This document shows, in pieces, positions 13,490-32,772 of a stretch of 64,000 bases of DNA; the stretch's first letter is position 1, and the number at the start of each line of letters is the position of its first letter. The translations under genes were made by a program, and so were the position numbers. Source of the DNA: the human T2T-CHM13v2.0 reference genome, Homo sapiens. The notes below the pieces were generated by a model. It did not search any database and was not told the origin of the DNA. It saw only the letters and a program-made list of their open reading frames with translations. The stretch is from assembly GCF_009914755.1 (NCBI RefSeq), contig NC_060931.1; one strand, 5' to 3'.

Positions 13490-15110
13490 TTATTGTCCCA
13501 CAAGTCCTTCAGGTTTTATTCATTTTTAACAGTATATTTCTCTGTGTAATTCAGATTTAATCATTTTTATTGATCTACCTTTACTTTCACTGACACTCTC
13601 TTGCTGTCTCTATTCTGGCATTGTGCCATCCAATTAGAAGTCTTTCTCTCCTGCCTCTCCCTCTCCCTTTCCTCTTTGCCCACTCGTCCTCCTCCTCCTT
13701 CTTTCTGCCCTTCTTCTCTTCTTCTTGCTTATTATAATTTTCAATTCTGAATTTTCCATCTGGTTTATCTTTATATATTTCTTTGGTTTTTTTGCCCAGG
13801 TTAATCTTGAACTCCTGGGCTCAAGTGATCCTCCCACCTCTGCCTCCCAAGAAACTGAGACTATAGTCTCACACCACTAAGCCTCCAGCCACATCTTTAT
13901 ATCTTTTATGTTTTTTGCTGAGGGCTTTTTTTTCCCAGTTGTTTCAAAATTATTTCCAATGACGACTTTGAGTCATCCTTATCATAGTTGCTTTTAGTCT
14001 TTTTGATATAATCCAAACATCTGAGTCATCTTATCTTTGACATTTATTGAATTTCTTTGCCTATGTAAGTTGATATAATCCTTTTTCTTTGTATAAGTTT
14101 TTATTGTATCTTAGTTTAATACTATGTTATGAATCTTGTTTAAGTCCTGTTGAAAATATAGATTTTTTTTTCTAGCAGGTAGTCAACATAATTAGGTTCA
14201 GTTTGCAAGTTCCAACATGCATTCTGTGGTCTCTGGGTCCAATGTAATTTCAACTTTCCAATTCCTGCAAGTGTTATTTTGAACTGTCTCATGTGCATGC
14301 CACTCTGTATCCATTGTGGCCCTTGGGTACAGTCTCATTCTCTAGTATGCTGAAAAGGATTAGATCTAAACACAAATACCTTACAGGGAAGCCCAGGAAT
14401 TCACAGGCAACTTTAGGCGTTTGTTTTCCTGAGTTCTTCTTTCTCTGTAATCTCCCCAGTGTTTCCCAGTTCCCAGTGTTTCCCAGTTCCCAGTGTTTCC
14501 CCATTTAGTTCCTCATTAAGAGAGCTGGGGCTTTTGTTAGCTGTGCTGTTCCTTGCTGTGACTGTGCCTGCAACCAGAAACCAGTCCCTGAAGGACAGAG
14601 AGAGAGAAAAAAATCAGTGTGGGCTTTCCCTCCAGCTTGGGACCATAGCTCTTCTGATGTGAGAAGAAGCTTCAGCTCCCTAAGAATTTTGAGCCTCGTT
14701 GTTTCCCATTACTTCTACTGTCACAGAATTGTTTAAGGACAATGGCCCAAGAAGAAAGTATTAAGAAAAAAAAGCAGGGGGAGAAGTGGTGGTGGTGGAT
14801 TTTTCCCTTTCTCTGAGCATGAGGGCTTCCCTTTCCTTCTCTGAGACAGAATGTTAGGGCTTCTCTGCCAACTTCCAGTATTTTGGGCTGTGTTGAGACT
14901 AGGCCAGGGATAGCGAAGGAGAAAAAATTGTTAATCTCATGGCCATTTAGGTGGCACTTTAAATTCTGGTCTTTTCCTTTAATTAACCTCATACTGTTTA
15001 CTTCTGAATCCTAAAACACCTTGCCCTAGCATTGCTTCCAGGTTTTATTCATGCATTCTTTAAGAGACACTGTGTGCTTATTCCACTGTATCTTGAACTA
15101 AAACTCTAGC
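13490..15110 (-). mobile_element. Old L1M ORF1/5' region remnants, with a monomeric Alu fragment at ~13790-13890
   Basis: T-rich antisense L1-like text; FLAM-like gaactcctgggctcaagtgatcctcccacc. Confidence 0.55.
14455..14501. repeat. 17-bp tandem repeat (cccagtgtttcccagtt) x ~2.8
   Basis: Directly visible. Confidence 0.9.
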
Positions 15111-15898
15111 ATTTTATCTTTATATATGAACAAATTTTAAAGAATGGTTATGGCGCAATAGCCATTTTTTAAAAAAAATTGGTTTCATTATTTCATGCAT
15201 CTTGATGCTATTATACATAGAAATATCATCTTTGTTTAAAACCAAAGTCCCACACACGATGTTCAAAACCTCAGTGCATAACTGATCTGATGGAAATCTG
15301 CCATTGCTCTTGCTGTCAGCCTGAGCACCAGAGAAAACACCTCCAGGAGGAAGTTTTTGGCAAGGAGAAAAAAAGATGTTATCTCGGATTTACAAATTTT
15401 CATCATCATATTGTTAGGTAAAACATATTTAGTTACTGTCCTTCAAAAGTTTTCCTTTGTCTTTTTTTGTTGTTGATGTACTCAGGAAATAAAAACAGAA
15501 GTTTGAATATTCAAAAGTTAAATTTGCCAGGCAGAGCAATACCTTTGCTTAGAGCACAGTTTATTCAGTAGTGACTCTTACCCAATTAACTTTGGCAATC
15601 ATATTCAATCTCCATAAATGAATGAGCAAAAATACCGCGATCCAGAGGCTGCAATGAATCATTTGTAGGCTTCTATCTATAAGATCCTTCTTTATCTCTC
15701 AGAGACTTCTTTGTATGTCTTGTATCTCACTTAGGTATAAAGCAGGCTTTTTCACCATCCCTCTTAAAAAGTCTTTCTAAATCACTGAAATGCGTGGCTT
15801 TTTCATTGTCTCCCACCATCGTAACTATGCATTTCCTATAGCCCTCCTTGTCTTTTCCCAACACAGTTGCTGCTAACCCTTGTGGAATCTGCATATGA

Positions 15899-16276
<378 letters not shown>

Positions 16277-16562
16277 AGAACTTAAATTAGACTTCACCAA
16301 CTTTACCTCCTCACCTGACTTTTGGCAAAACCTCTATATCCACTTCAACTTTGTCTTTCCAACTTAAGTGTTAGCATTTTACAAAGTTTCTTCCTTGGAC
16401 ATCCTTTTTAAAATAAACACCATTACTGGGCAATTGCTCATACTCCCAGGGCTTTAGCTATCATCTAAATGCTGATTTTCTTAAATATGTTATTCTAGTC
16501 CTAACTTTCCTCAGTAACCCAGATTGTTATTTCCTATGGACAAACATTCCAGCATAGTCTAA

Positions 16563-16900
<338 letters not shown>

Positions 16901-18660
16901 TATAAATGAACTATTTATTTCAACAACAACAATCACAAGTGCAGCAAAAAATATTTTCTGTCTTTTCTACCTCTTAAAGAATGCGCTATCCTTCAATAGT
17001 TGCAACAATTCAATTTCCTCTTTTTTTTTCTTTAATTGGGGACAATGTATCTGGATGAATCATTAAGACAAGTAACTACTTCTGCAGAAAAATCTTACTC
17101 AACAAATACATGTTTTTTCTTTTAAATATCAAATATGGTGACGAATGCAAGCCAAAGAAGAAAGTAAAATCATACTTAATAAGCGTCTGCAATATCTTTG
17201 ATAGGTTTTCTTAATATCTGTCAGTAGCACATCTTTGTGACTTTGAAATAGCTGTACCATCTTTTCATTATTATTATTATTTTTTTTAAAGGGAACATAG
17301 TTTGGTTGAAAATGTCTTATTGCCCTTTTCTGTACAACATAAATATAAGGCATTTTAAACCACAGCAAGATATCCCAGTGTCTTAGTGCTTCAAGTCACA
17401 AGCATGCTGGAATAAAATAAAACCACTATATGCAGAAGCACATTATCTGAGGGCACAACTCAAATATCACACATTAATGTACACCAGGTCCTACCAAGTT
17501 TGCAATACAGAGGTTCCTCAGTTGTCTCATTTAGCTTCCATATTTGTTTGTTTAAATATCAATATACATTTCTTTCTACCTGAATCTACTGTAAGTATAT
17601 AATGGGTAACATTTACACAAAACTTTTCCATTAAATGGAATGCTTTCATGCAGTTAGTTTGCAGTGCTCACAAAAACTTGTGGGCTTGATACAATGAACA
17701 TTATCCTCATTTTATCAGTGAATAAAATGATATTAGAGATAGCTGAAAGTACATACAATTAGTGAGAGAAAGGGAGAAGCTATGTCATCTTTCATGTGTG
17801 GTCATCCTTCCACGGTACCATTTTGCTTGTATAATTATGATATTTGTTACAATAGGATTGGAATTAAAATTAAATCATTAGATAGTTGGTCACTAATAAT
17901 GCTTTACTTGTGTGAATGTTGTAAGTAGCATACTATTTTTAAGGAAGAAGTAAAAATGCAAGCCGTTCTAATGGTAATTTAGCAAACTTATTCTATGTGA
18001 GTCCTAAAATCAGTTTTGGAAAAAAAAATTGTGGACAGCATTGAAGATGTCAGGTAACGCATCAAAAAGCTACTATCACCAAGGGTACTGGAGGAGAAGT
18101 GATAGACATTAGGTCTTTAAAATGCAAATAAGGGTACAAGTAAAAGAATGCTATATTTAACATATGAAACTGATTCTAAGTCTCCATAGCAACTACTAAA
18201 ATGTTAAGCATAAATTATGTGATTAAAGTTATCAAAGATAGCTTTCTTTCAGCCTAAGCAATTTCAAAGCAGATGATGAATCTGGTTCTTTTTCAGAAAG
18301 TCCTACCAAGTACACCTCTAGAAGATAATTAGAAGAGCTTTTGTCCATGATAGGCTATGCTGATTAATAATTTTAGAAATGAAATATATTGCTTTAATAT
18401 AAGTGGAATCCAGGGCTAATCTCTTCATTAGAGAAAATGTGCTTGTATTAGTTTGGCGGCTTGTATTAGTTTGATAGTATAAGATAATCCTTCATTGGTG
18501 AAAAGTAGAAACAAAAGCTTCTTATTTTATTATACCACTTCAGTGATGATAAACATGGTGTAAATTATTTTGTTCTTTATATTAATTTGTATGATATGAC
18601 TGTGTGTGTGTATGGCTGTGTTACATACATTTGTCTTGAGCAACTACATATTAATTGTTT

Positions 18661-19232
18661 TGAAGGGTAACAGAATATACCATCCCAAAATAAGCCACTT
18701 TAGCATGAGGATTACTTTGAGCTGAAGGCAATTGAGAAGAAGTAGATACAAGACAAGCTCTCTGTCTTTCCCGTATTTGCCTAAACGCAGGGCATAAATT
18801 TGCAAAAGTAAAGGTGTCCCTTCTCCCCTTTCTACCAGGAAGGACAAAGGTTTACCAACAGAGATGACTTTAGATCATACGAGCCTAGAGACCACACCAG
18901 ATGAATTTATTAACAAACCTTACTAGCTGACCTTAATCTACCCTATGTTTGCTTTTCCACAATTTGCCATCCCTAGAGGATCAAGGTCCTTTTCTTTGTC
19001 TTATCACTCATCTAAATATTTATTATTTTTTGTTGAAGATGCCTATAAAAGCTGGAATTCTGAGCCACCGCTTGAAGAGTTACTCACTTTCTTGGTATCT
19101 CTCATGTATATATGAGACATACATATTAAGACACTTTTGTTTGTTTTTCTCTTGTTAATCTGTCTTTTAATACTAAGTTTCTAGCTAAGAACTTGTGAGG
19201 GTAGAGAGAAAATTATTTTTTCCTCCCCTAGA
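18661..19232 (+). mobile_element. MER34-family solo LTR (ERV1)
   Basis: TGAAGG..CAGAATAT.CCA.CCCAAAATA start, tttcctcccctaga end, TSD gttt (18657-18660, 19233-19236). Confidence 0.85.
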
Positions 19233-19744
19233 GTTTGGTGTCAGTGTCAAATAAAATATATTATATTCTAAATAATAAAATTACAGGTTCTTCATGGAAT
19301 TCTGGAGTATTGTTTTGTAAAACATCTAAAAGTTGATTTATTAAATGTCCAACTCTACAATTGTAAAACATTTAATGCATAATTCCATGCAATTTTCTTC
19401 AGCCATGTATGAACTCACCATAACTATTTCAGGAATCATTTTTGTGTTTCTGTACTTGGTAAATCTCATTCAGTTCTGAGATATCTAGATAAATTACAAA
19501 AGTTGACTCTGGCAGTGTGAAAAAAAAAATCTGCCAAGGCAAATAAAATTAGATGGCAAAGAATGTTAAATTTGGGTCCAAAACTCAGCTATATAAAAAC
19601 GAGCCAAACAATGAGAAAAAAAATGCTTTAGGTTCTTGCATATTCCCTATGTATCAGTAATTTGAAAGAAAGTTAAAAACAAATCAACAAATAGATGCCA
19701 CAGAGAACAACTGGATACAAAGACAGAATGAAAATGATGTGGTT

Positions 19745-20342
19745 TGTAAGGGAAAGGGATAAAGCTTTCCCTCCATCCTTTGAAGGTTCGCTAAAAGTGA
19801 ACTTAAAACAGGCAGATTCATAAGAGAAAAAGGCATACAAATTTATTTAATATGCATAGGGGGAAAATCACAGGACAATGATTACCCAATACCTCAATGA
19901 TGTCCAGATGCCTATATATCCTTTCTCATAGAGGAAGGAGAGAGGGGAAAAAGTGATCATTTGAGGGATAGTAAATGATTTTTAGGGGGAATAAATGGGC
20001 CTAATGTTCAATGCTTAGTAAATGATGCTCTTTTGGAATTTAATTGAATCACAGAACAGACAATGGTTTGGGACAACCATTGTCATTTGGGCCTCATGTG
20101 TGGTGTTTAATTTTCAATGTCTTTTGCTGTGATATGAGTTTTCATCTTTTTTGGTTAACGAAATTTCAGGGAGGGAATTGAAGGCAATTGTGTTCCTCTT
20201 TGGCAGATCTGTTCTTTAGAAGGATAGAGGAATATCAGAGTAAAGCCTGTCCAGCATCTGGTGGCCCCCAGTGGCCTTTAACTGCAAATAATCAGCATAC
20301 CAGGGTGTTATATTTGGGGGTGACATTCCCTGGACTCCTTTA
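19745..20342 (-). mobile_element. ERV1 solo LTR of the MER34/LTR48/LTR49 group
   Basis: Minus strand begins aaggagtccaggga..tcacccccaaata; aataaatttgtatgcctttttctc; near-TSD ggtt/ggtg. Confidence 0.7.
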
Positions 20343-21339
20343 GGTGTCTTGTAAAAAAAAAAAAAGGATGAAAAGAAGCTCAAATATGTCCAGCAGATAA
20401 TTTCCTTTCTTCACTCTTTTTTTCATAGCACACCTCTGGAGGAAGATTAACATGCTTGAGAGTGACCAATCATCTGTTGATTTTTGGTTACCACTTTTCC
20501 TTTCCACAGCTGTGCCAAATTATCCTGTTAATATTAACATTCATTTTCAGTAAGCTAGCTGAATGTCTCTTTCTCAAGTGACTCTTTAGCTATTGTTTTA
20601 TCTGTCACTGTTTTTTCATCGCTACCTTCAGTTTTCAGGCTGGAACAGGGTCCTCCTTTCTCAAGACCTGCTGTCTTTTTTTGTTGTTTTAATAACTTTG
20701 CCTCTTCTTTCTTCTTCGTTTTTGGAGAGTACCTTGGTTGTCTTCAAGATTACCGAATCACATTTCCAAAGTGTCAGTTTTGCTTTTATTCTATGTCTGT
20801 TATCGATTTTGAGCTTCTTTTCATTCTGTCAACCTCACACTCATTCCTGTTTTCATTTTACCCATTCCCTGCTTGTTGTTCCCTAATTCTTCTATATAAA
20901 TGACACCCTTTCTTGAGATTTGATTCCTTACATCTTAATGTTGGAAGCAGATAGCAGGAAACAGTCAGTATCTTTAAAAAAAATCTATATTACAGCTTCA
21001 CATATTCTGAGTATTGAGATTTGCAGTCAATGGCTTTTAATCCTAGCATGCTTTCTGAAATCTCTCCCAACTGATGTACATTTTATTTGAACATTTTTCT
21101 CTGTACTGTGACATGTCGTCCTCATCGCCTTCATTTCTAATACAACTGCCAATTTTTATCTTTTAATGAGAGTTTAAAAGATTTTTCTTTGTGTATGACT
21201 GACCTTTAACCTGAAAGTTTGTCACCATTTCAAAAGCTTTTTTTTCCATTTTTTGATGTGCAGTTATCAAAACTGAATACTATGAAAATAAAAATCAGTA
21301 CTTTTAATTAGGTTCTCACTATTTTCCAGATATTTTTAA

Positions 21340-21545
21340 TAGACTTTTATGTGAAGTAACTCACAATGGCCCTATAAAATAGGTAAAACCATTACCCAGA
21401 TTGTAAAGATGAGACAACTGAGATAGAGATTGGTTGGAAAACATATTTGTACAGTGCATCATTGGCAGAATAATGTATAAGCCCAAGAAATATGATTGCA
21501 AACCCAGGCCTAAAGACTCTGCCAAGTTGCTTTCTCCATTTTAAG
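21340..21545 (-). mobile_element. MIR
   Basis: cccagattgtaaagatgagacaactgag..agag core and aacccagg..t...gactc. Confidence 0.6.
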
Positions 21546-23435
21546 TTCATATATGTCATAACTTTCAGATACCTTAACATGTAACGTGGCCTGGCATTCT
21601 GGCCACCTACTCCATAACCATTCATGTTTAAACTCCTTTATATCATAACAGATTCTGGAGTCTATCTCTATTTTAATGAGTCCTGCTGGTCATTGGTCAT
21701 AGATATGCTGAGTAATCCTATAAAATTAGGGGTACAGGGAAGTCCATTTCTGCATTATAATTCCCTACACAGTCTTCATCTTACCCCCAATGTTTCGGAG
21801 ATCCTAAAGTTCTACATCTGAGCATGGCAATACAACTCCATTTAACACAATTGAAATGGACAATTCTGTCAGTCTCCACTATCTAGAAAATGTGGCTATG
21901 AACATAGCACATAGGGGTGCTGGCACCCCATCAGCCCTTTAACATATATTTAACTAACACACACAAACTACCAATGACCTATGTTATACTCCTTGAAATG
22001 TCAATTCAGACAATTTTTAAAAAGGGAAGAAATAGAAAAAATTTGCTTACAAACACCATATATTGCTTACAAACACCACATATTAGAAACACAAATATTA
22101 AGACTAAAGACTTGTTTGGAGGCAAAGACAAAGATAAATAATTTTGTAAAAATAAAAAATACCCATATTATATATTAGAAATACACTTGAAGAGAATCTT
22201 CATGTAAATTGTGAATTTATGCCACGAGTTTTGGAAAGGAAATTGGCAATTGATAAATAGAGAGAATATAAATTAAGGCCCAAAGTGTGACCATTTGGCA
22301 AATACAGGTTTATTGTTGGAAGGATGGTTGGGGAAAGCTATCATATTGAAGGAGAAAGAATAACTTTTTAAATTTAAAGAAAATGAAAAGTAAAGAAAAA
22401 GACATTTCAGTAATAGACTTGCACAGTTTTCTAGGCGAGCACTTTGGCTATCACCTTGTTTTCTCATTTGGAGGGTGATTGCTAGATATGCAGCTGCACT
22501 CTAGCATTAGCGTGAGAATCTGACTATCAGGTTTCACCTAAATTCTTAGCATTTGTCTATTCAATTTTCTAGGATCCTGGCCAATTCCAGGTTTTAAAAT
22601 CAATCAGACTAAGGTCAGAAAGGCTCTGAAATCACCCATGGATAGTGAGCCTCCAGTCACCCTGACAATTAGTCTGAACAAAAGGATGTTTTGTGTATAA
22701 ATCTGTCATAAATCCTATGTTTGTAGCAAATGAGTGGTTTCCATGAGATTGTTAACTGGTTCTTAGAAGAAATAATGATATCTTGAAAGTGTTGGTTGGC
22801 CTTGGTGACAAAGGCCTGCATAGAAGTGGTATAAAAGAATGGCTCAGGTGGGAAGAAAGCGTACCCTGAAAATGAAAATGTTGAGATGTTCCTCAGTGTG
22901 AACACAAAGCATTACCAGCAAAAGATGTTTGGACTCAATTCTATGAGAAATGTTATCCTTTACAGTGAGGTGTTTTGAAAGTGTATAAGAAAAGTAAAAC
23001 TATAAAAATAACATTAAAAATTTTTGGTAAAGGGATCTGGATAATGGTAACTTTTTTTTTTTAATGAAGCTTATGCTTAAAGTAGGTGAAATGAGATGTC
23101 TGTAAAAATGTTTTTCATGGCCAATATCCCCTTATGGCCAAAATATTTTTACAAGAGCACATTATCCAGTCATACAGGATGAGAAATGTTTTTGCATAGT
23201 GTATGGCAAGGGAATGTTGCAATGAATTCAAGCACCTGACTCAAGGATATCCCATCCAGAAGACAGACCACAGATTTCTCTGTTCAAAGGCATGTAAAAT
23301 GAACTAAGTAAATCAGATTGGTTCTTATTGAAATCTAAACGGTAGAATACAGAATGGTTGGCCAATGTATAGAGATTGAGGATGAGAAAGAGGGAAGAGA
23401 GAACGGGAGATGCCATGAAAATGAGACCATGCTTA

Positions 23436-23603
<168 letters not shown>

Positions 23604-23776
23604 CTAAAATCTGCCTCATTTCCTGAATGACTTGCTACCCATGGCTCAGTGATATCCTAAAGTAATCTCTTATCTATCATGAAAAGAATCAAACAATTCT
23701 GAAGGCTAATGGTATTTTAGGCTTTCACATTCAAAATGGAAACACAGCCTCTCTTTGACGAATGATGGCTCTATCA

Positions 23777-24091
<315 letters not shown>

Positions 24092-24717
24092 GTTAAGTTA
24101 CTCATTGTGTGTCAATCTTTATATTCTCAATTAAAGAAAATAAAGAGATGCCTCTCTTGTCCTGCCTGTGGAAGGAATCAAGGGCATATTAACATTTGCT
24201 TTTCAGTGGTAGCTCATTCATCCGCTTAGTAAATACCAGTGTTTATCATATGCAAGGCACCCTGTTAAGTCGTTGGTTGGACTCAATCTGTGATAGCAAA
24301 TGAGGTATAATGACAATAGCCAAGTTTCCTTCAAGGTTGCCCCTCATTATTGAGATCAATGAGAATAAGAAATTGGCTTCCCTTTAGGGCAGATGCAGAA
24401 TAGGCTACAGCCAGCAATCGCTTGCTATAAGTTAATTTGATAGAAATAATAAACTCTTAAGTAATCATGATTCGGTAGCATCCGATTTCGATACTCATGT
24501 TTATACTGTCAGTGCATTAGTCATTGTGCTAGATTTGGCAAATAGAAATGAAAAATGCAATCTTGACTTTGTTAAAATCATAGGCAGTGATTGTAATAAA
24601 AAATAAATGGTTAAGCCAAAGATTTAAAGATGATTCCATTTTTGCCTTCTTCCTTTTTAATTCAATTTTCCCATTATAGTCATTCATTTTGCATATTTAA
24701 GAGATTTCACTCTTTCT

Positions 24718-29035
<4,318 letters not shown>

Positions 29036-29797
29036 TTAGGAGTTTCTGTATTTAATTTTTCAGTATTTTATGTGTGTCATCCTCCCCAAATCTCCACTGC
29101 AAGAGTATTGAACAGTAACATATTGACCTGGCCTAGAATGGAGGGGTGGAGGCCTGACAAGAGCCAGAAAATAGAGCTGTAGGACAGGGAAAAGCTTCAA
29201 TCCAAGTCCAAGTAAAATTATGGCTAAAACAAAATAAATTGCAAACCAAGATAAATTGCAAAATAAATTGCAAAATGTCCAAAAGGAAAGAGTCTGATAC
29301 AAGGAACTAGGTTATCCAAAAGATTTAGCAGTCTGAGCTTATAAAGTGTCTTGAGGTGACAATGGACATTGGGAGAAAGACTCTTTTATAGTGGTAACTC
29401 ACAAATGGGAAGGCTCTGACATTGTGTCAATTCACAAAGGTCTTCTAGGGTAATTTCTTGACCCAAATGAAAACCATAATTTGTATGTACTCTTTCACTT
29501 TTTGTACACTCTCATTTTGTTCTTTATTAGATAATATTTCAATTGGATGGGGAATAGAAATGTGTATTTATTATTTCTTTTACTATTTTAACGTTTTTGA
29601 CAGTTCTCATACTATTTTACTAATAAGTATATATATGCTATTAGAAGATCTTTTGGCTTCCTGGTAGTTACTGACTTTATTACTTTAACTTTTATCTATA
29701 TCCTGTTATATTTAGTAATGTGATTATCAGGGAGATTTTTCTCCTTCTATAGTGTGGAATTCAATTTTGGAATGTCACATGAAATAGTAATTACACA

Positions 29798-30421
29798 TGT
29801 AATCACCTGAAAGGTTCTTCCTGCCCACTGCACAGACAAAACCAATTCACTGAGACCATGGTATTGAGAAAGAGTTTAATTATCCCACAGCAGCCAGGTG
29901 GGAGGACTGAAATTATTGTTGAAATCAGTTACCATGAAAATTTGAAGGCTAGAGTTTTTTTGAGGATAATTTTATGGGCAGGGGGCTAAGGACTGTGTGC
30001 TGCTGGTTGGTTGGGGATGAAATCATAGGGGTGCTGAAAACAATCTTCATGCACTGAGCCTCTGGATGGGGGCCACAGGACCAGTTTAATCATGAGTCCC
30101 AAGTCCAGGTGAAGTTAGTCCATCATCAGAATGCAAAAGTTTGAAAAACATCTCAAAAGATGAATCTGAGGTTCTACAATAGTGGTGTTATTAACAATAG
30201 GAATTAGGGAATTCACAGATCTTGTGACCTCCAGAACAGTGGCTAAACTATGCCTACATTTTAGCAGAATTCAGGCCCCTCCCATAAGGCCTCTCATGGC
30301 CTTTCATTAGCAAAGAGGGGGTGAGTTTTAGGGAGGGACTATTATTATATTTGCTTTAGAGTTAAACTACAAACTGAATTCACCCTCTGGTTAGCTTGGC
30401 CTGTGCCCAGGAATAAGTGAG
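29798..30421 (-). mobile_element. LTR8A/B-like LTR (ERV1), 5'-truncated
   Basis: tgtaa.c.cc..a.ggttcttcctgccc.ctgcac; tttagcagaattcaggccc; gttaaacta.aaact.aatt. Confidence 0.8.
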
Positions 30422-30599
30422 CACATAGACACAGACACACACACATAAAATGGCTAGAATTAGAAATAGTTCAGATGTCCAATATTGAAAAAAAGTATTG
30501 AGTAATTTCCTATGCTTACATAGGCTGAGCTATTTTAGAACACATACAAATAATATTTTCAAAGGAATTTAACATCAAAAATTCTTACCTTTTCATAGT

Positions 30600-31463
30600 T
30601 GTGAAATATACATGTGATGTGTTTCTTGTCGTTTAACTCCTAATATCCTTGAAATCTCCAAAGTGAAGTGACTTTTTATATGCTAATGAGTTGGCTGATG
30701 GGTGGGGGTTCCTGGGTAGCCTCAGTACAGGGGCTGGTTGCCAGGGGAACCAACAATGAGATTTGAGGGTTGGACCTTTCATTCCTGCCCCCAATCTCCA
30801 GGGAGGGTAGAGGAGGTAAAGGTTAAGTTGATCCCCAGTGGCCACTGATATCATCAATCATGCCTATGTAATGAAGCTTCTATAAAAACCAAAAAAGGGC
30901 AGGGTTCAAGGAGTCTGCAGATAGATGAACATGTAGTGGTTTTCAGGAAGGTGATTAAGAGCACATGAACATACCAAGAAGGAGGTGCACCCCAACTCCA
31001 CAAGGAGAGATATTCCTGTGCTTGGGACCCTTCCAGACTTTGCCCTATCTATCTATTCATCTGGTTGTTTACTTTTATCCTTTAATACATCATTTGTAAT
31101 AAATCTTTAAACTTAAGAGTTTCCCTAAGTCCTGTGAGCCACTCTAGCAAATAAATTGAACCCAAGGATTGGGTTATGGGAATCTATAGCAAGCTGGTCC
31201 AAAACACAGGCAAAATAACTTGAGGCTTTTAACTGGCATCAGAAGTGGGGCTGTCCTGTTGGACTGAGTCTTCATTCTGGGCAATCTGATTCTATCTCCA
31301 GGTAGATAGTATCAGAATTTAACTGAATTAGAGGGCAGCAAGCTGATTTCTGCTGCAGAATTGATGGCTTGCTTACTGGTGGGGAGAAATTCTATCATAT
31401 CTGGTGTCAGAAGTGTATTGTGACAGTACAGTGAGAGAAATTGAGTTTGTTATTTTCCACTCA
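30600..31463 (+). mobile_element. MER21-family LTR
   Basis: atgctaatgag; atcaatcatgcctatgtaatgaagc; cctgtgcttgggacccttccagac; AATAAA; tgtgagccactctagcaa; ctccaggtagatagt.tcagaatt. Confidence 0.85.
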
Positions 31464-31557
31464 ATGATTAAAACAAAACAAAATAAAACAAAAAATAAAT
31501 GAGATGCAACTGTATGTATAGAAGGATAAAATGATGTAAGCTACTCAATCCCCCAAC

Positions 31558-32193
31558 AAGAAAAAGAGGAAGAAGAAAAGGAAGAAGAAGAAGAACAACA
31601 ACAACAACAAGGAGAAGCAGGAGGAGGAGGAAGAGGAAGAGGAGGAAGAAGAAGGAGGAGGAAGAGAGGAGGAGGAGGAAGAGGAGGAGGAGGAAGAAGA
31701 AGAAGGACTATGAAGAGGAGGAGGAGGGAGGATGATAAAGAGGAGGAGGAAGAAGAAGGAGGAGGAGGAAGAAGAAGAAGAAAAAGGAGCAGAAGAAGGA
31801 GAAGGAGAAGGAGGAGGAGGAAGAGGAGGAGGAAGAGGCAGAGGAGGGAGAGGAGGAGAAGGAGGAGGGAGGAGGAGAAAGAGGAGGAGGAGGAAGAAGA
31901 AGGAGGAAGAGGAAGAAGAAGAAGAAAAAGGAGCAGAAGAAGAAGGAGAAGAAGAAGTAGAATAAGGAGGAGGAGGAAGAGGAGTAGAAGGAGGAGGAAG
32001 AAGAAGAAGGAGGAGGAAAAAGAGGCGGAGGAAGAAGAAGAAGGAGGAGGAGAAGGAGGAGGAGGAAGAAGACGAAGAAGAAGGAGGAGAAGGAGGAGGA
32101 GGAAGAAGAAGAAGGAGGAGAAGGAGGAGGAGGAAGAAGAAGAAGGAGGAGGAGGGGGGAGGAGGATGGAGAAGGAGGAGGAGAAGAAAAATA
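31558..32193. repeat. ~635-bp GA-rich (GGA/GAA)n polypurine tract
   Basis: Directly visible; the landmark aaaaaggagcagaagaa recurs at 31781 and 31925. Confidence 0.97.
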
Positions 32194-32772
32194 ACTAAAT
32201 CAATATCAATCTAGGTAAAATTAATTTTCAGAAAACAGTATCTCAAAATATTAATGAATATCTTCTTTCAGTGCTGAGAATATAAGTAGTATTTTCCTTC
32301 TTTGTACTTTTAGACTTTTTTTTTACATGCTTTGTAATGTGCGTGAGTTAATTGTATAGCAAAAAACATAATGAGGTAATAAAAAAAGTAGGCGGTACTG
32401 TGGTCACTGTCACATATAGACTACTGTAGAATTGCTTCTCCCAACTGTTCCCTTGACTCATGGGAGTAATGTATGCAGTGCACTGCTTTTCTGTGAGTGC
32501 TCAAAACTTCATGTTCTGAGAAACAACCATTTACACAGGGTAAAATATGCAGTCTCTACTTCCTGTCTCTTTTTCCTGTCTCAGTAAAAGTATTTTGATA
32601 ACTCACGTTCAAATGATTGAAGTATCACATTATAATCACCTGACCCAACTTTGAAACATCTTCAAATTAATTTTATTTATAACTAATTTGAGTCACTAAT
32701 TTGGATTTCAAAATAAATTTAAGTTAAATAATACTTTGCCAAATTGCTTTCTGAAATCTGAGGGTTTTTTAC

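Noticed and set aside
15586-15675. Minus-strand peptide LQPLDRGIF resembling a pogo/Tigger DDE motif
   Set aside because: Under 30 codons between stops, with no other transposase motifs or TIRs; likely chance.
31710-32198. 162-aa R/E/G/K-rich ORF and the overlapping 77-aa ORF
   Set aside because: Open only because a GA-only repeat cannot encode stop codons; no gene context.
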